64,000 bases of DNA, from the NCBI GenBank assembly GCA_963802945.1, contig CAWDKY010000015.1:448001-512000 (forward strand), in the 5' to 3' direction. A model generated the notes under the pieces. It had not been told where the DNA came from and searched no databases. It saw nothing but the letters and a program-made list of their open reading frames with translations. Source of the stretch: an uncultured delta proteobacterium. GTDB taxonomy: Bacteria; Desulfobacterota; RBG-13-43-22. Shown here in pieces: positions 42,966 through 52,254 of the stretch. A program made the position numbers and the translations under genes. Position 1 is the stretch's first letter, and each line of letters begins with the position of its first letter.

Positions 42966-43941
42966 ACCGGGCAAGCTCTATCCCTCGGGAACCATCAAAG
43001 AAATCTGCATCAAAGCAGGGGCCGATGATGCCGGCCTGGTGGAGATCAATCGTAATCCACTCAAAGGGGAAAGGGAAGGTATTTTACGCGTCTATCCCCG
43101 CACAAGGAGCATTATTTCATTGGTCAAGGTCAATAATCGGGAAAATATTCAGAGCCCGGCCCGCTACGTAGCCAATGAAGAATATCATCACACGGGAGAT
43201 AAAATTTCCAGCATTTCCAGGGAAATTCTCCATCGTCTGAACGAACTCGGCCTTCGGGGGGTCGCTGTCAATAAATCCTGGCCCATGGATTTGGGACGAT
43301 GGCCGGGCAAGATCTGGGATGTCAGTCACAAAATCATGGCCGTGGAAGCCGGTCTCGGGCAGATGGGCCTTAACCGATTGGTCCTGCATCCGAAGTACGG
43401 TAGTTTTATCCAATTGACCAGTATCTTGGTCGATGGTGAAATAGACGTCTACGATCATCCCATGGAGGAAAACCCCTGCCTAAACTGTAATCTGTGTGCG
43501 GCCGTCTGTCCAACCGGAGCCATCACCAAAGGGGAACCATTCGATTTATTGACCTGCAGCACCCATACCTACCGGGACAACATGGTGGGCTTCCTAAACT
43601 GGGTGGAGTCTATGGTGACTTCTCAAAACATGGAGGAATACCGCTCCCATTTCAACGATCGGGAGACGTCTTTTATGTGGCAGTCCCTGATGTTTCGAAT
43701 GAGCTATCGCTGCAGTTATTGTATGGCCGTGTGTCCAGCCGGGGAAGAGATCAAAACGGATTACCTTAAAAATAAGAAGGGCCATGTTGAAAGAATATTG
43801 AAGCCCCTCCGAGACCGGTGTGAACCGGTTTACGTTATGGCCGGATCCAAAGCGGAAGCGAGGGCCAAACGCAATCCCAATAAAGAAGTGAGAATTGTAC
43901 CTGGGATAATACGGACGCCACCAAAGGTAAAGCAAACTTGA
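42943..43941 (+). CDS. QueG/reductive-dehalogenase-like 4Fe-4S protein
   Basis: GADDAG, SHKIMAVEAGLGQMG, HPKYGS, CLNCNLCAAVCP, CSYCMAVCP. Confidence 0.75.
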   Translation: MKVSDNNRPGKLYPSGTIKEICIKAGADDAGLVEINRNPLKGEREGILRVYPRTRSIISLVKVNNRENIQSPARYVANEEYHHTGDKISSISREILHRLNELGLRGVAVNKSWPMDLGRWPGKIWDVSHKIMAVEAGLGQMGLNRLVLHPKYGSFIQLTSILVDGEIDVYDHPMEENPCLNCNLCAAVCPTGAITKGEPFDLLTCSTHTYRDNMVGFLNWVESMVTSQNMEEYRSHFNDRETSFMWQSLMFRMSYRCSYCMAVCPAGEEIKTDYLKNKKGHVERILKPLRDRCEPVYVMAGSKAEARAKRNPNKEVRIVPGIIRTPPKVKQT

Positions 43942-44046
43942 TTTACATTTAGGCCTAAAAGAGAAGAGGGATATCCGGTCGAACAATTGGTTGGTTGTAG
44001 GAAATTAAATCACTTCAACCTATTAGAAAATAAAGAAAGATGAGCT

Positions 44047-44604
44047 ATGGAAATGAATTACAAAAATTTTATGAGGGAAATAATAAAAAAAAATCCGGTT
44101 ACCGTCAGTCCGGAGGCAACATTTTTTGAAGCTCGGGAAATTATGCAGGACAAAGAAATCAGGCATCTACCCGTGGTCGATAAACACAATAACCTGGTCG
44201 GCATTGTGACCGACAGAGATATTCGGGAAGCAGGGCCCTCGGATGCTTCGTCTTTGAGCATCCAGGAAGTCAACTACCTGTTAGTGCGCCTGAAGGTGTC
44301 CTCCTTCATGACCCCTCAGGACAAATTAATCACCGTCAATCCCGAAACCCTGGTCGAGGAAGCGGTCCAACTGATGCATGATCATAAAATCGGGGGGCTT
44401 CCCGTAGTCAAAGACGGAAAGCTTTACGGTATTTTTACCGAAACGGATGCCCTGGGCATACTGGTCGATTTGTTCGGTAGACTGCCAACTCTGAATGAAC
44501 CTTCCCGCACCAAAATGCGGGAGGGCACCTTAATAAAGATGAAAGTTTCTAAAAGGTTATCCAGTACTAAATCTTTGACCGATTCATTTTTGAGCGATTT
44601 TTAA
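44047..44604 (+). CDS. CBS-domain protein (AcuB-like)
   Basis: IRHLPVVD..LVGIVTDRD, IGGLPVV..GIFTETD. Confidence 0.85.
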   Translation: MEMNYKNFMREIIKKNPVTVSPEATFFEAREIMQDKEIRHLPVVDKHNNLVGIVTDRDIREAGPSDASSLSIQEVNYLLVRLKVSSFMTPQDKLITVNPETLVEEAVQLMHDHKIGGLPVVKDGKLYGIFTETDALGILVDLFGRLPTLNEPSRTKMREGTLIKMKVSKRLSSTKSLTDSFLSDF

Positions 44605-44637
44605 AAACCTTAAGTGAAAAATAAGGAGGAAATAAAC

Positions 44638-45717
44638 ATGAGTCAGGAAGTGTATAAACAATTGTTGGAAGTCATGAAAAAACGGGGAGGCGGTTATGCC
44701 GGAATGGATATACCCGAGTTCTTCTCTTTGGTAGAAGAACTATTTACCCCAACGGAGGCCGAAATCAACAATGCAATGCCCAAGGGTTTTTTTACAGCCA
44801 AAAACTTGGCTACAGCCATGGGCGGGGATGAAAAAGAAATCGAGGCTATTCTGGAGGCCATGGCAGACAAAGGCCTATGCCTGGCCCTAGATATGGATCA
44901 AAACCGGGTTTATCAGTCGGCCCGGTTTATGCCCGGCATATTGGAATTTCAATTCATGCCGGGAAAAACCACCGACAGGGATAAAAAGATCGCCAAACTG
45001 ATTTACGCTTATGAAAAGGCTTTTGATCAAGTGACAGATCGATCGGCAATGACCTTTCCCACCACCCGGGTCATCACGGTGGACGCCCTGATAAAAACAG
45101 GCAATTCAGTTCATACTTATGATCAGGTCCAGAGCTTTATCGACCAAACCGAGTCCATTGCCGTAACTACCTGCTACTGTCGTCATGCGGCCTTCCTACG
45201 AGGTGAAGACATCCACGGGATGCCCAATGATGTCTGTATGCAGTTTGGCCAGTGGGCCCAATTTGCCATTGATCGATTGGGGGCCAGGAAAGTGAGCAAA
45301 CAAGAAGCCCGGGAGGTCTTGAACCGGGCTGAAGAAGCCGGCCTGATTCATATGAGTCAAAACATGGCCGAAGGCATCAGCTTCATATGCAACTGCGACC
45401 GCTGGCACTGTGGTGCTGTACAAAATGCCCTGGCCAAACCAAAACCCGGATTGTTTTTCAACTCCGGTTTTGAACCGTGCATTGACCCCGATCTATGCGC
45501 ATCCTGCCAAACCTGCATTGATCGCTGCCCTGCTGAAGCCCTAATCATGGGGGAAGAGGATCATCCCGTGGTTAATCTGGATCGCTGTTTTGGGTGTGCC
45601 GTATGTGCCACTGGCTGTCCTTCCGAAGCCATTGCCATGAAAAACAAACCCGACTTCCCCATGCCTCCAAAAGACGCCCAGGCATTGGGGGAGGCTATAA
45701 AAACCAGCAGGGTTTAA
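44638..45717 (+). CDS. 4Fe-4S dicluster protein with winged-helix-like N-terminus (paralogue 2)
   Basis: CYCRH, ICNC, two CxxCxxCxxxCP motifs. Confidence 0.8.
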   Translation: MSQEVYKQLLEVMKKRGGGYAGMDIPEFFSLVEELFTPTEAEINNAMPKGFFTAKNLATAMGGDEKEIEAILEAMADKGLCLALDMDQNRVYQSARFMPGILEFQFMPGKTTDRDKKIAKLIYAYEKAFDQVTDRSAMTFPTTRVITVDALIKTGNSVHTYDQVQSFIDQTESIAVTTCYCRHAAFLRGEDIHGMPNDVCMQFGQWAQFAIDRLGARKVSKQEAREVLNRAEEAGLIHMSQNMAEGISFICNCDRWHCGAVQNALAKPKPGLFFNSGFEPCIDPDLCASCQTCIDRCPAEALIMGEEDHPVVNLDRCFGCAVCATGCPSEAIAMKNKPDFPMPPKDAQALGEAIKTSRV

Positions 45718-45870
45718 CGGTAGAGATTATTTATCGAATCCAAAACAAGTTTGGCATTTGTTGATTCTTATTTTAATGAAACCGGTCGGGTGAGACCTGA
45801 AAAAGGGGGCCAAGGACCAATTTTAAGGATATCAAAAATACTTGAATAATTGTTCAAAGAGGAGATTTTT

Positions 45871-46290
45871 ATGAACGAAAAGCTAATGAAATATTTTAAT
45901 AAACAGCCACGCCTGGGCACTCTGAGCACGGCCGGCAAAGACGGTAAGGTTAATGTGGCCTATTTTGGTTCCCCGATAATGACCGATCCCAAGACCATAT
46001 TTATGGGTTTGGGGAATAACCGAACCTTAGCCAACCTTAAGGAAAACCCATGGGCCGCCTATCTGATTATGGAACCCGGTAATACACTGCCCGAATGGAA
46101 AGGGGTTCGTCTGTACTTAAAGGTCACTGAAATTGAGACAGGAGGGAACAAGTTGGAAAAGATTCGGACGCTCATCGCTGAAAAAGCAGGTCCCAATGCT
46201 GCAAAAGGTATCCAAGCGGCTGTGACTTTTGAAGTGCAGGAAATTAGACCCTTGGCTGATTTTGGCCAGGGTTGGGAAAAATCCATTTAA
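45871..46290 (+). CDS. Pyridoxamine 5'-phosphate oxidase-like FMN-binding protein
   Basis: LSTAGKDGKVN, RTLANLKENP, GVRLYL, IRPL. Confidence 0.8.
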   Translation: MNEKLMKYFNKQPRLGTLSTAGKDGKVNVAYFGSPIMTDPKTIFMGLGNNRTLANLKENPWAAYLIMEPGNTLPEWKGVRLYLKVTEIETGGNKLEKIRTLIAEKAGPNAAKGIQAAVTFEVQEIRPLADFGQGWEKSI

Positions 46291-46454
46291 AAAGAAAATA
46301 GGATTCGAGGTCATCCTTCGATCAGCTTATTTTCATGCATCGCGGTGTCACGCCCCTGGCCGAGTACCGCCATAGCCCTTGGTACAGTGGTCCTTGAGGT
46401 GCTTGGTAAGCAGGAGGAAATGAAGAACTTCTTACCTTAGGAAAGGAGCATGTT

Positions 46455-48681
46455 ATGGGAGAATGGAAAAAGACATCCTGTGTATTATGAGGCAATCGGT
46501 GCGGGCTCGAGGTTCGAGTCGAAAATAATAAAATCGTAAAAGTCCGCGGAGGCAAGGACAACCCGATCAGTGAGGGATATATATGCAGAAAAGGTACGAA
46601 TGTTGCCTACCATCAGCACAATAAAGACCGGGTGCTCTTTCCGCTTAAGAAGGTTGGAAATGGTTTTCAGCGGGTCTCCTGGGACCAGGCCATCAGTGAG
46701 ATTTCCGAAAAACTAAAAGCTATCCGCGACCAGCATGGCCCCCGCGCTTTAGCTTCTCTGGTCGGCGGCGGTGAATTTGCTTTTCTGAGTGCGTCTTTCC
46801 CTATTCGATTGGTGCGTAGACTCGGTTCACGCTATAACTATTCCGCTGCAAACCAGGAGTTTGCCGGTAGGTATTGGGCACACGGCTTGACCTTGGGAAG
46901 TCAAAATATTCAGATGGAATCTGATTTTGAGAACTGTGACATGCTGATGCTGGTTGGGAAAAATTCCATGATGAGCCATCATTTCCCCCAGGCGCGGCGA
47001 AGATTGACGAAGATGTCCAAAGACCCTGACAGGCTTCTGGTCGTAGTGGATCCGCGGGTTTCCGAAACCGCCAGAATTGCCGATATTCATCTGGCGATTC
47101 GCCCCGGCACCGATGCCCTCCTGATCAAGTCGATGATTTCTATCATCCTCAATGAGGGTATTTATAACAATGAATATATTGACAAACATGTGGACGGGTT
47201 CAACGAGATCTTGCCCTGGTTTTCCGGCTTTGATGTCAAGATCGCGCTAAAGGTTTGTGATCTTGATTATAATCTGGTGTTTAAGGTCTGCCGGGAACTC
47301 GCCACCCGACGTTCGAGCATTCTGGATGATCTCGGGATATTGATGAACCGGCACAGTGCGTTGGTATCCTATCTGCTGGTCATGTTGCTGGCCCTTTGTG
47401 GTCGTATTGGCGTGACGGGCGGAAATTATTTACTCGGGGGGGGATTGGGGCCGGATCCCAGAGATCCTAAAGTCTGGAGAACACTATTGACGGACATTCC
47501 CGCCATCAATGGCAATTTTCCGCCTAATGTTTTGCAGGAAGAAATCATGTATGATCATCCGGACCGACTGAGGGCCGTGCTCTGCTACGCCTCGAATCCA
47601 TTGCGTTCCTACGCCGATACGACGGCCTATGAAAATGCCTTTCAACAGCTTGATCTGCTGGTGGTGGCCGACATTGCCATGAGCGAGACAGCAGCCCTGG
47701 CCCATTATGTCCTCCCCTGCAAAACCGCTTTTGAATCCTGGGAAGGGGATCCCGGTGGGGGTTTTTCGAAGGTCTACGCCCGGATGAGGTCTCCGGTATT
47801 GGAAGCGGAAGGAGAGCAGAAAGAAAATGCCGAGATATTCACCCTGCTGGCCGACGCTATGGGGCTGGTTCCCCCCATTCCTGAACCACTGTACGAGGCG
47901 GCCGGAAGCGGCAACCTCAAGGAATACGGTCAGAAATTAGGGGAATATATGAGGACTTCCCCGGAAAGTGGGAAGGTCCTAAACTTTATTATAGCGAAAA
48001 CCTTGGGCAGTGCCATGGGTTCGGCGCATCTGGCCAGTATCTTCCCCTTGTTTATGCAATTATCTTCGGATCGCCAGGAAGAGGCAGCCAAAGCAGGTTT
48101 TCCCGTAGGACCGGACCAAGGCCTGTCTATGTATCAAGCCATCATGAGCCATCCTGAAGGGATACTGATCGGCATACGCGATCCAGAGAAGAACCTGGAG
48201 GTCAATATAGCAACCAAGAACAAGAAAATACAACTTTTTAATCCGGAAGTGGTTGATTGGATAAAGAAAATAAATCCTATGGATGAAGAAGAACCAGCTC
48301 AAGCCCGATGAGCATTTCCCTCTGATCCTGATGGCTGGAAGGCATATGGACATGAATGCCAATACAGGCATGAGAGACCCGGCTTGGAACAAAGACAAAA
48401 GAGCCTGCACCCTGGCCATAAATCCTTCTGATGCAGAAACGCTGGGCATAGTTGACAAACAGATGGTCAGGGTCATCACAGAAGCAGGCGAGGAAACCCT
48501 AGAGGCCGAAGTAACCCAAGATGTCAGAAAAGGCCAGGTCATTATACCGCAAGGGTTTGGCCTGGTCTACGATGGTGTTGCCTACGGCGCTAACGTCAAC
48601 CGATTAGCTAAAAACACCAACCGGGACTTTGTCGGAACCCCTATGCACCGTTATGTTCCCTGCCGGGTGGAGGCGGTTTAA
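46455..48681 (+). CDS. Molybdopterin (DMSO-reductase family) oxidoreductase with in-frame UGA at codon 12; +1 break at ~48290
   Basis: MGEWKKTSCVL(UGA)GNRCGLEV..DNPISEGYICRKG in frame with ORF 46632; RVSWDQA, VVDPRVSETA, IRPGTD, ETAALAHYVLP; GAAAGGAG RBS; ~741 aa. Confidence 0.88.
46504..46520 (+). promoter_or_regulatory. Putative bacterial SECIS hairpin
   Basis: GGCTCGA-GGT-TCGAGTC stem-loop; G-led apical loop 20 nt after UGA 46488-46490. Confidence 0.6.
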
Positions 48682-49349
48682 TGAACATCCGGAATTATAC
48701 CTTCGAAGAATTTGTGGAACGAGTAAAGGCGTTTCACGGCTATGAGGCGCCCGGCGTCATCATTGGAGGCTTTATGATTGACCTTGCTTATCTCCACCTG
48801 CCAGAAGTAGGGCTTTTGGATGCCCTCAGTGAGACTCCGAAATGCTTGCCTGATGCGATACAGCTATTGACACCTTGTACGGTGGGTAATGGCTGGCTCA
48901 CCGTGGTGGATGTTGGGCGGTATGCCCTGACTCTTTATAATAAGGAGAGTGGGGAAGGGGTAAGGGTGTTTGTGGAGACAGAGAAACTGGATCCCTGGAC
49001 GGAATTAAAGACCTGGTTCTTCAAGCTGAAACCGAAGAAAGAGCAAGATACGGCCCTGCTTTTATCACAAATTAAAGAAGCAGGATCTGGAATCTGTGGG
49101 GTGCAGAAGGTGAAAGTAGCAGACCAATTCATCCAACGTCGCCCCCGTGGCAGCCTCACCGTTTGTCCAAAATGCCGTGAAGGATATCCGCTGGATGATG
49201 GACCTTTGTGTTTGATTTGTTCCGGCAAGGAAATTTTATATTTATCCTTTAGTTCGAAAATAATGCCCGCTCACTTAATAAGCACTGTTTTCATTTCTGA
49301 TGGTGCCACGCCCCAACAAGCGGGGCAGGGCGGTTTAACAAGAATTTGA
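48681..49349 (+). CDS. FmdE/FwdE-family protein
   Basis: FHGYEAPG, ETPKCLPDAIQLLTPCTVGNG, CPKCRE..CLIC. Confidence 0.85.
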   Translation: MNIRNYTFEEFVERVKAFHGYEAPGVIIGGFMIDLAYLHLPEVGLLDALSETPKCLPDAIQLLTPCTVGNGWLTVVDVGRYALTLYNKESGEGVRVFVETEKLDPWTELKTWFFKLKPKKEQDTALLLSQIKEAGSGICGVQKVKVADQFIQRRPRGSLTVCPKCREGYPLDDGPLCLICSGKEILYLSFSSKIMPAHLISTVFISDGATPQQAGQGGLTRI

Positions 49350-49378
49350 CTTACATTTAATAGAGAAGGGGGAAAGTT

Positions 49379-50252
49379 ATGCTGCAAACGAAAATGACTG
49401 AAATTTTGGGGATAAAATATCCTATTCAATGCGGGACCATGCAGGGCATTACAACAGCCGAGTTGGTAGCCCCGGTGGCCAATGCTGGCGGATTATGCTG
49501 TATTCCCGCCGCAACCTTTCAGACCAAGCAGGCCTTCATGGATGAGATTAAAAAAACTAGAGACCTGACTGACAAGCCCTTTGGGATCAATGTGGGGCTG
49601 TTTCCAGAAATGACAACGACTGTCACCGCAGAGGAAAGAATAAGCTGGGTGATTGAATCGGGCGTTAAAATCCTGGAAACCTCAGGGCGCAGTCCGGCCC
49701 CTTACCGGGAACAAATTACCAAAGGGGGATTGATTCATATCCATAAATGCGCCCGAGTGCGGGACGCCGTGAAAGTAGACGGTCTGGGGGTGGACATTGT
49801 TTCCATCGTGGGCACGGAATGCGGCGGTCACCCGAGTATGGAAGAGGTGGCAACACTGGTTTTGGTCCCGGCGACACTCGACCGGATCAAAAAACCTTTG
49901 ATTGCCGGAGGTGGTTTTGCCGATGGAAGGGGTTTGATGGCGGGTTTGGCCCTCGGGGCAGTCGGTGTTAATATGGGCACCCGTTTTATGGCCACCCAGG
50001 AATGTCCCATTCATCCCAATATCAAACAGAAGATGATCGAAATGCAGGAAACGGAAACGGTCCTGGTAATGAAATCATTAAATAACCCCAGCCGGGTATT
50101 CAGGGCTCCGGGCTCGGAAAAGATCTTGGCCTTGGAGGCCAAAGGGGCCAACTTGGAAGAACTCGCACCTCATATCAGTGGCCGAGTTGATGCAGCGGAT
50201 TATTGATGAGGCCATGGAGGTGAAAAAAAAGATAGACAGCTTTTTTAAATAA
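49379..50252 (+). pseudogene. Nitronate monooxygenase/FabK-like flavoprotein with an apparent deletion near the C-terminus
   Basis: YPIQCGTM, ECGGHP, AGGGFADGRG, MGTRF; terminal helix AELMQRIIDEA..FFK* is in another frame after ~50180. Confidence 0.7.
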
Positions 50253-50641
50253 ATAAGAAACTATTAATTTCCCTCTGACCCTCCTCAAGGAAGGAGAGGA
50301 TTAGAGGAAAAGGTAATATCAATTAAATCTTAAATCTTTCTCTAAAATTTAAGTCTTTATCTTATTAAAAAACCTGAGGCAGTGTCAAATGGCTCTGTCT
50401 TTTTTATGCACATTTCAAATGGTAATCGGCTATTTTTGTTGCCAGTCTTTTTGCATAGTAGTAGGTGAAGTCCACGAGCAAGAAAGATCTACCGGTTATT
50501 TTCCCTTTATCACTTTCCGTTTTTCTTCTTGATCCTATCTTTTCCTTTCCTTATACTCTAGCCATTAAAAAGCCATTTCCTATTAAAAGGTGTAATCATA
50601 ACTAAGGTCGAAGAAAGAAAACATATTCCCAGGAGGATAAA

Positions 50642-52081
50642 ATGGCCTTAAAAAGTCCGGAAGAGTATATTTCCAGTTTGCGTCAGATGAAGCCCAGAAT
50701 TTTTGTTCAGGGCAAAAAAGTGGAAAGTGTCGTTGACCATCCCTTGTTGCGGCCGGCAGTCAATACCTTCTGCTTAACCTACGAGATGGCTCAAGACCCC
50801 GAATACCGCGAGCTGATGACCACCACCTCGCACTTGACCGGCGATCTCATCAATCGATTCAACCATCTTTATCTCAGTCCGGATGATCTGGTCAAGAAAC
50901 TCGAAATGGTCCGAACCTGTTCCCAAAAAGCCCTTTGTATCCTGCGCTGTATGGGAGGTGAAGCGCTGAACGGCATTGCCGTCGGAACTTTTGCCATTGA
51001 TAAGAAAAAAGGGACAAATTATTACCAGCGCTTTGCTCGCTTTGCCAAACATTTTCAAGAAGACGATCTGATATGCGCCCAGGCCCTGACTGATGTCAAG
51101 GGGGATCGATCTCTGCGCCCCTTTCAGCAGGCCGACCCCGACCTTTTTGTAAAAATCGTTGACCAGCGTTCTGACGGCATTATCGTGCGGGGGGCCAAAG
51201 ACCATATCACCGGGGCCGCCGCCTCGCACTATATCTTTGCCATGCCGTCCCGCACCCTTACCGAAAAAGATAAAGATTATGCCGTGGCCTTCGTTGTACC
51301 CTGTGACGTCAAGGGACTCACCCATATCGTCAGTCCAACGCTCAAGACCCCGGACCTCAAGGAGGATCGTCCGGCCAGTTCAAAATACAGTACGGTGGAA
51401 TCCATGCTTATCTTTGATGATGTCTTCGTGCCCTGGGAAAACGTCTTTATGTGCGGCGAATGGGATGCCATGGAACCGATGCTTTTGTCCTTTGCCACCA
51501 CGCACCGCCACAGCCGTTGCGCTTGCAGCAGTGGGGTAACCGATATTTTAACCGGAGCCAGTTCTCTCATCGCCAAGTATAACGGTTTGGAAAAGGTCAG
51601 TCATATCCGGGACAAGCTGATTGAACTGTCGGCCGCTGCCGAGACCTATTATGCCTGCGGCCTGACCTCTTCGATTCTGGCCACCAAGACGGAATCGGGC
51701 TATTATTCACCCGATATGCTTCAGGCCAATGTCGGAAAACTTTGGACCTCCAAACTTTTTCACGAGTCGGTGAAAATGGTTCAGGAGATTGCCGGCGGTT
51801 TGATTGATACGGTGCCTTCGATCAGTGACTGGAGAAATCCGGAATTGCAGCCCTTTCTTGAAAAATACCTTAAGGGCAAGGCCGATGTCCCCACGGAATA
51901 CAGACTCCGCCTTTTCCGCCTTCTTCAGGACTTGACCACCTACGGCATTGCCTGCTACTGGCTGACGCTTTCTGCCGTGGGTGCCGGTTCTCCTCAAGGC
52001 GCCAAGATCATGATCCAAAGAGAAACAGACTACGGCTTTAAAGAAGGATTGGCCAAGGCCCTGGCCGGTATCCCGGATTAA
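50642..52081 (+). CDS. 4-hydroxybutyryl-CoA dehydratase/HpaB-family protein
   Basis: CILRC, LTDVKGDRS, GAKDH, FDDVFVPWE, HRHSRCAC (AbfD-type Fe-S ligand spacing). Confidence 0.82.
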   Translation: MALKSPEEYISSLRQMKPRIFVQGKKVESVVDHPLLRPAVNTFCLTYEMAQDPEYRELMTTTSHLTGDLINRFNHLYLSPDDLVKKLEMVRTCSQKALCILRCMGGEALNGIAVGTFAIDKKKGTNYYQRFARFAKHFQEDDLICAQALTDVKGDRSLRPFQQADPDLFVKIVDQRSDGIIVRGAKDHITGAAASHYIFAMPSRTLTEKDKDYAVAFVVPCDVKGLTHIVSPTLKTPDLKEDRPASSKYSTVESMLIFDDVFVPWENVFMCGEWDAMEPMLLSFATTHRHSRCACSSGVTDILTGASSLIAKYNGLEKVSHIRDKLIELSAAAETYYACGLTSSILATKTESGYYSPDMLQANVGKLWTSKLFHESVKMVQEIAGGLIDTVPSISDWRNPELQPFLEKYLKGKADVPTEYRLRLFRLLQDLTTYGIACYWLTLSAVGAGSPQGAKIMIQRETDYGFKEGLAKALAGIPD

Positions 52082-52105
52082 GAATTTGCAGAAAAACCCT
52101 TTTTA

Positions 52106-52230
52106 TAGGTTGCTCAAAAAGGTACAGATACAAGACGCCCGAAATCCCGAGGAATGAGTCGTACAGAAAAGTACGTCGCAATGACGAGGGATGAGGGCAA
52201 CGCAGTAGATGTGCCTTTTTCAGCAACCTG
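52106..52230. mobile_element. MITE-like element, copy 2 (125 bp)
   Basis: Terminal IRs AGGTTGCTCAAAAAGG / CCTTTTTCAGCAACCT. Confidence 0.78.
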
Positions 52231-52254
52231 TTAAGCATAGTACGGAGGAAAATA

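Noticed and set aside
46330-46452. Possible Moco riboswitch upstream of the Mo enzyme (ends GGAAAGGAG)
   Set aside because: Lacks the GCCTCC pairing partner and the typical stems; largely explained by nested REP-like repeats. An Infernal scan with the Rfam Moco model would settle it
50439-50456. Sigma54 promoter upstream of the AbfD-like gene
   Set aside because: TGCCAG-N5-TTGCA lacks the invariant GG at -24
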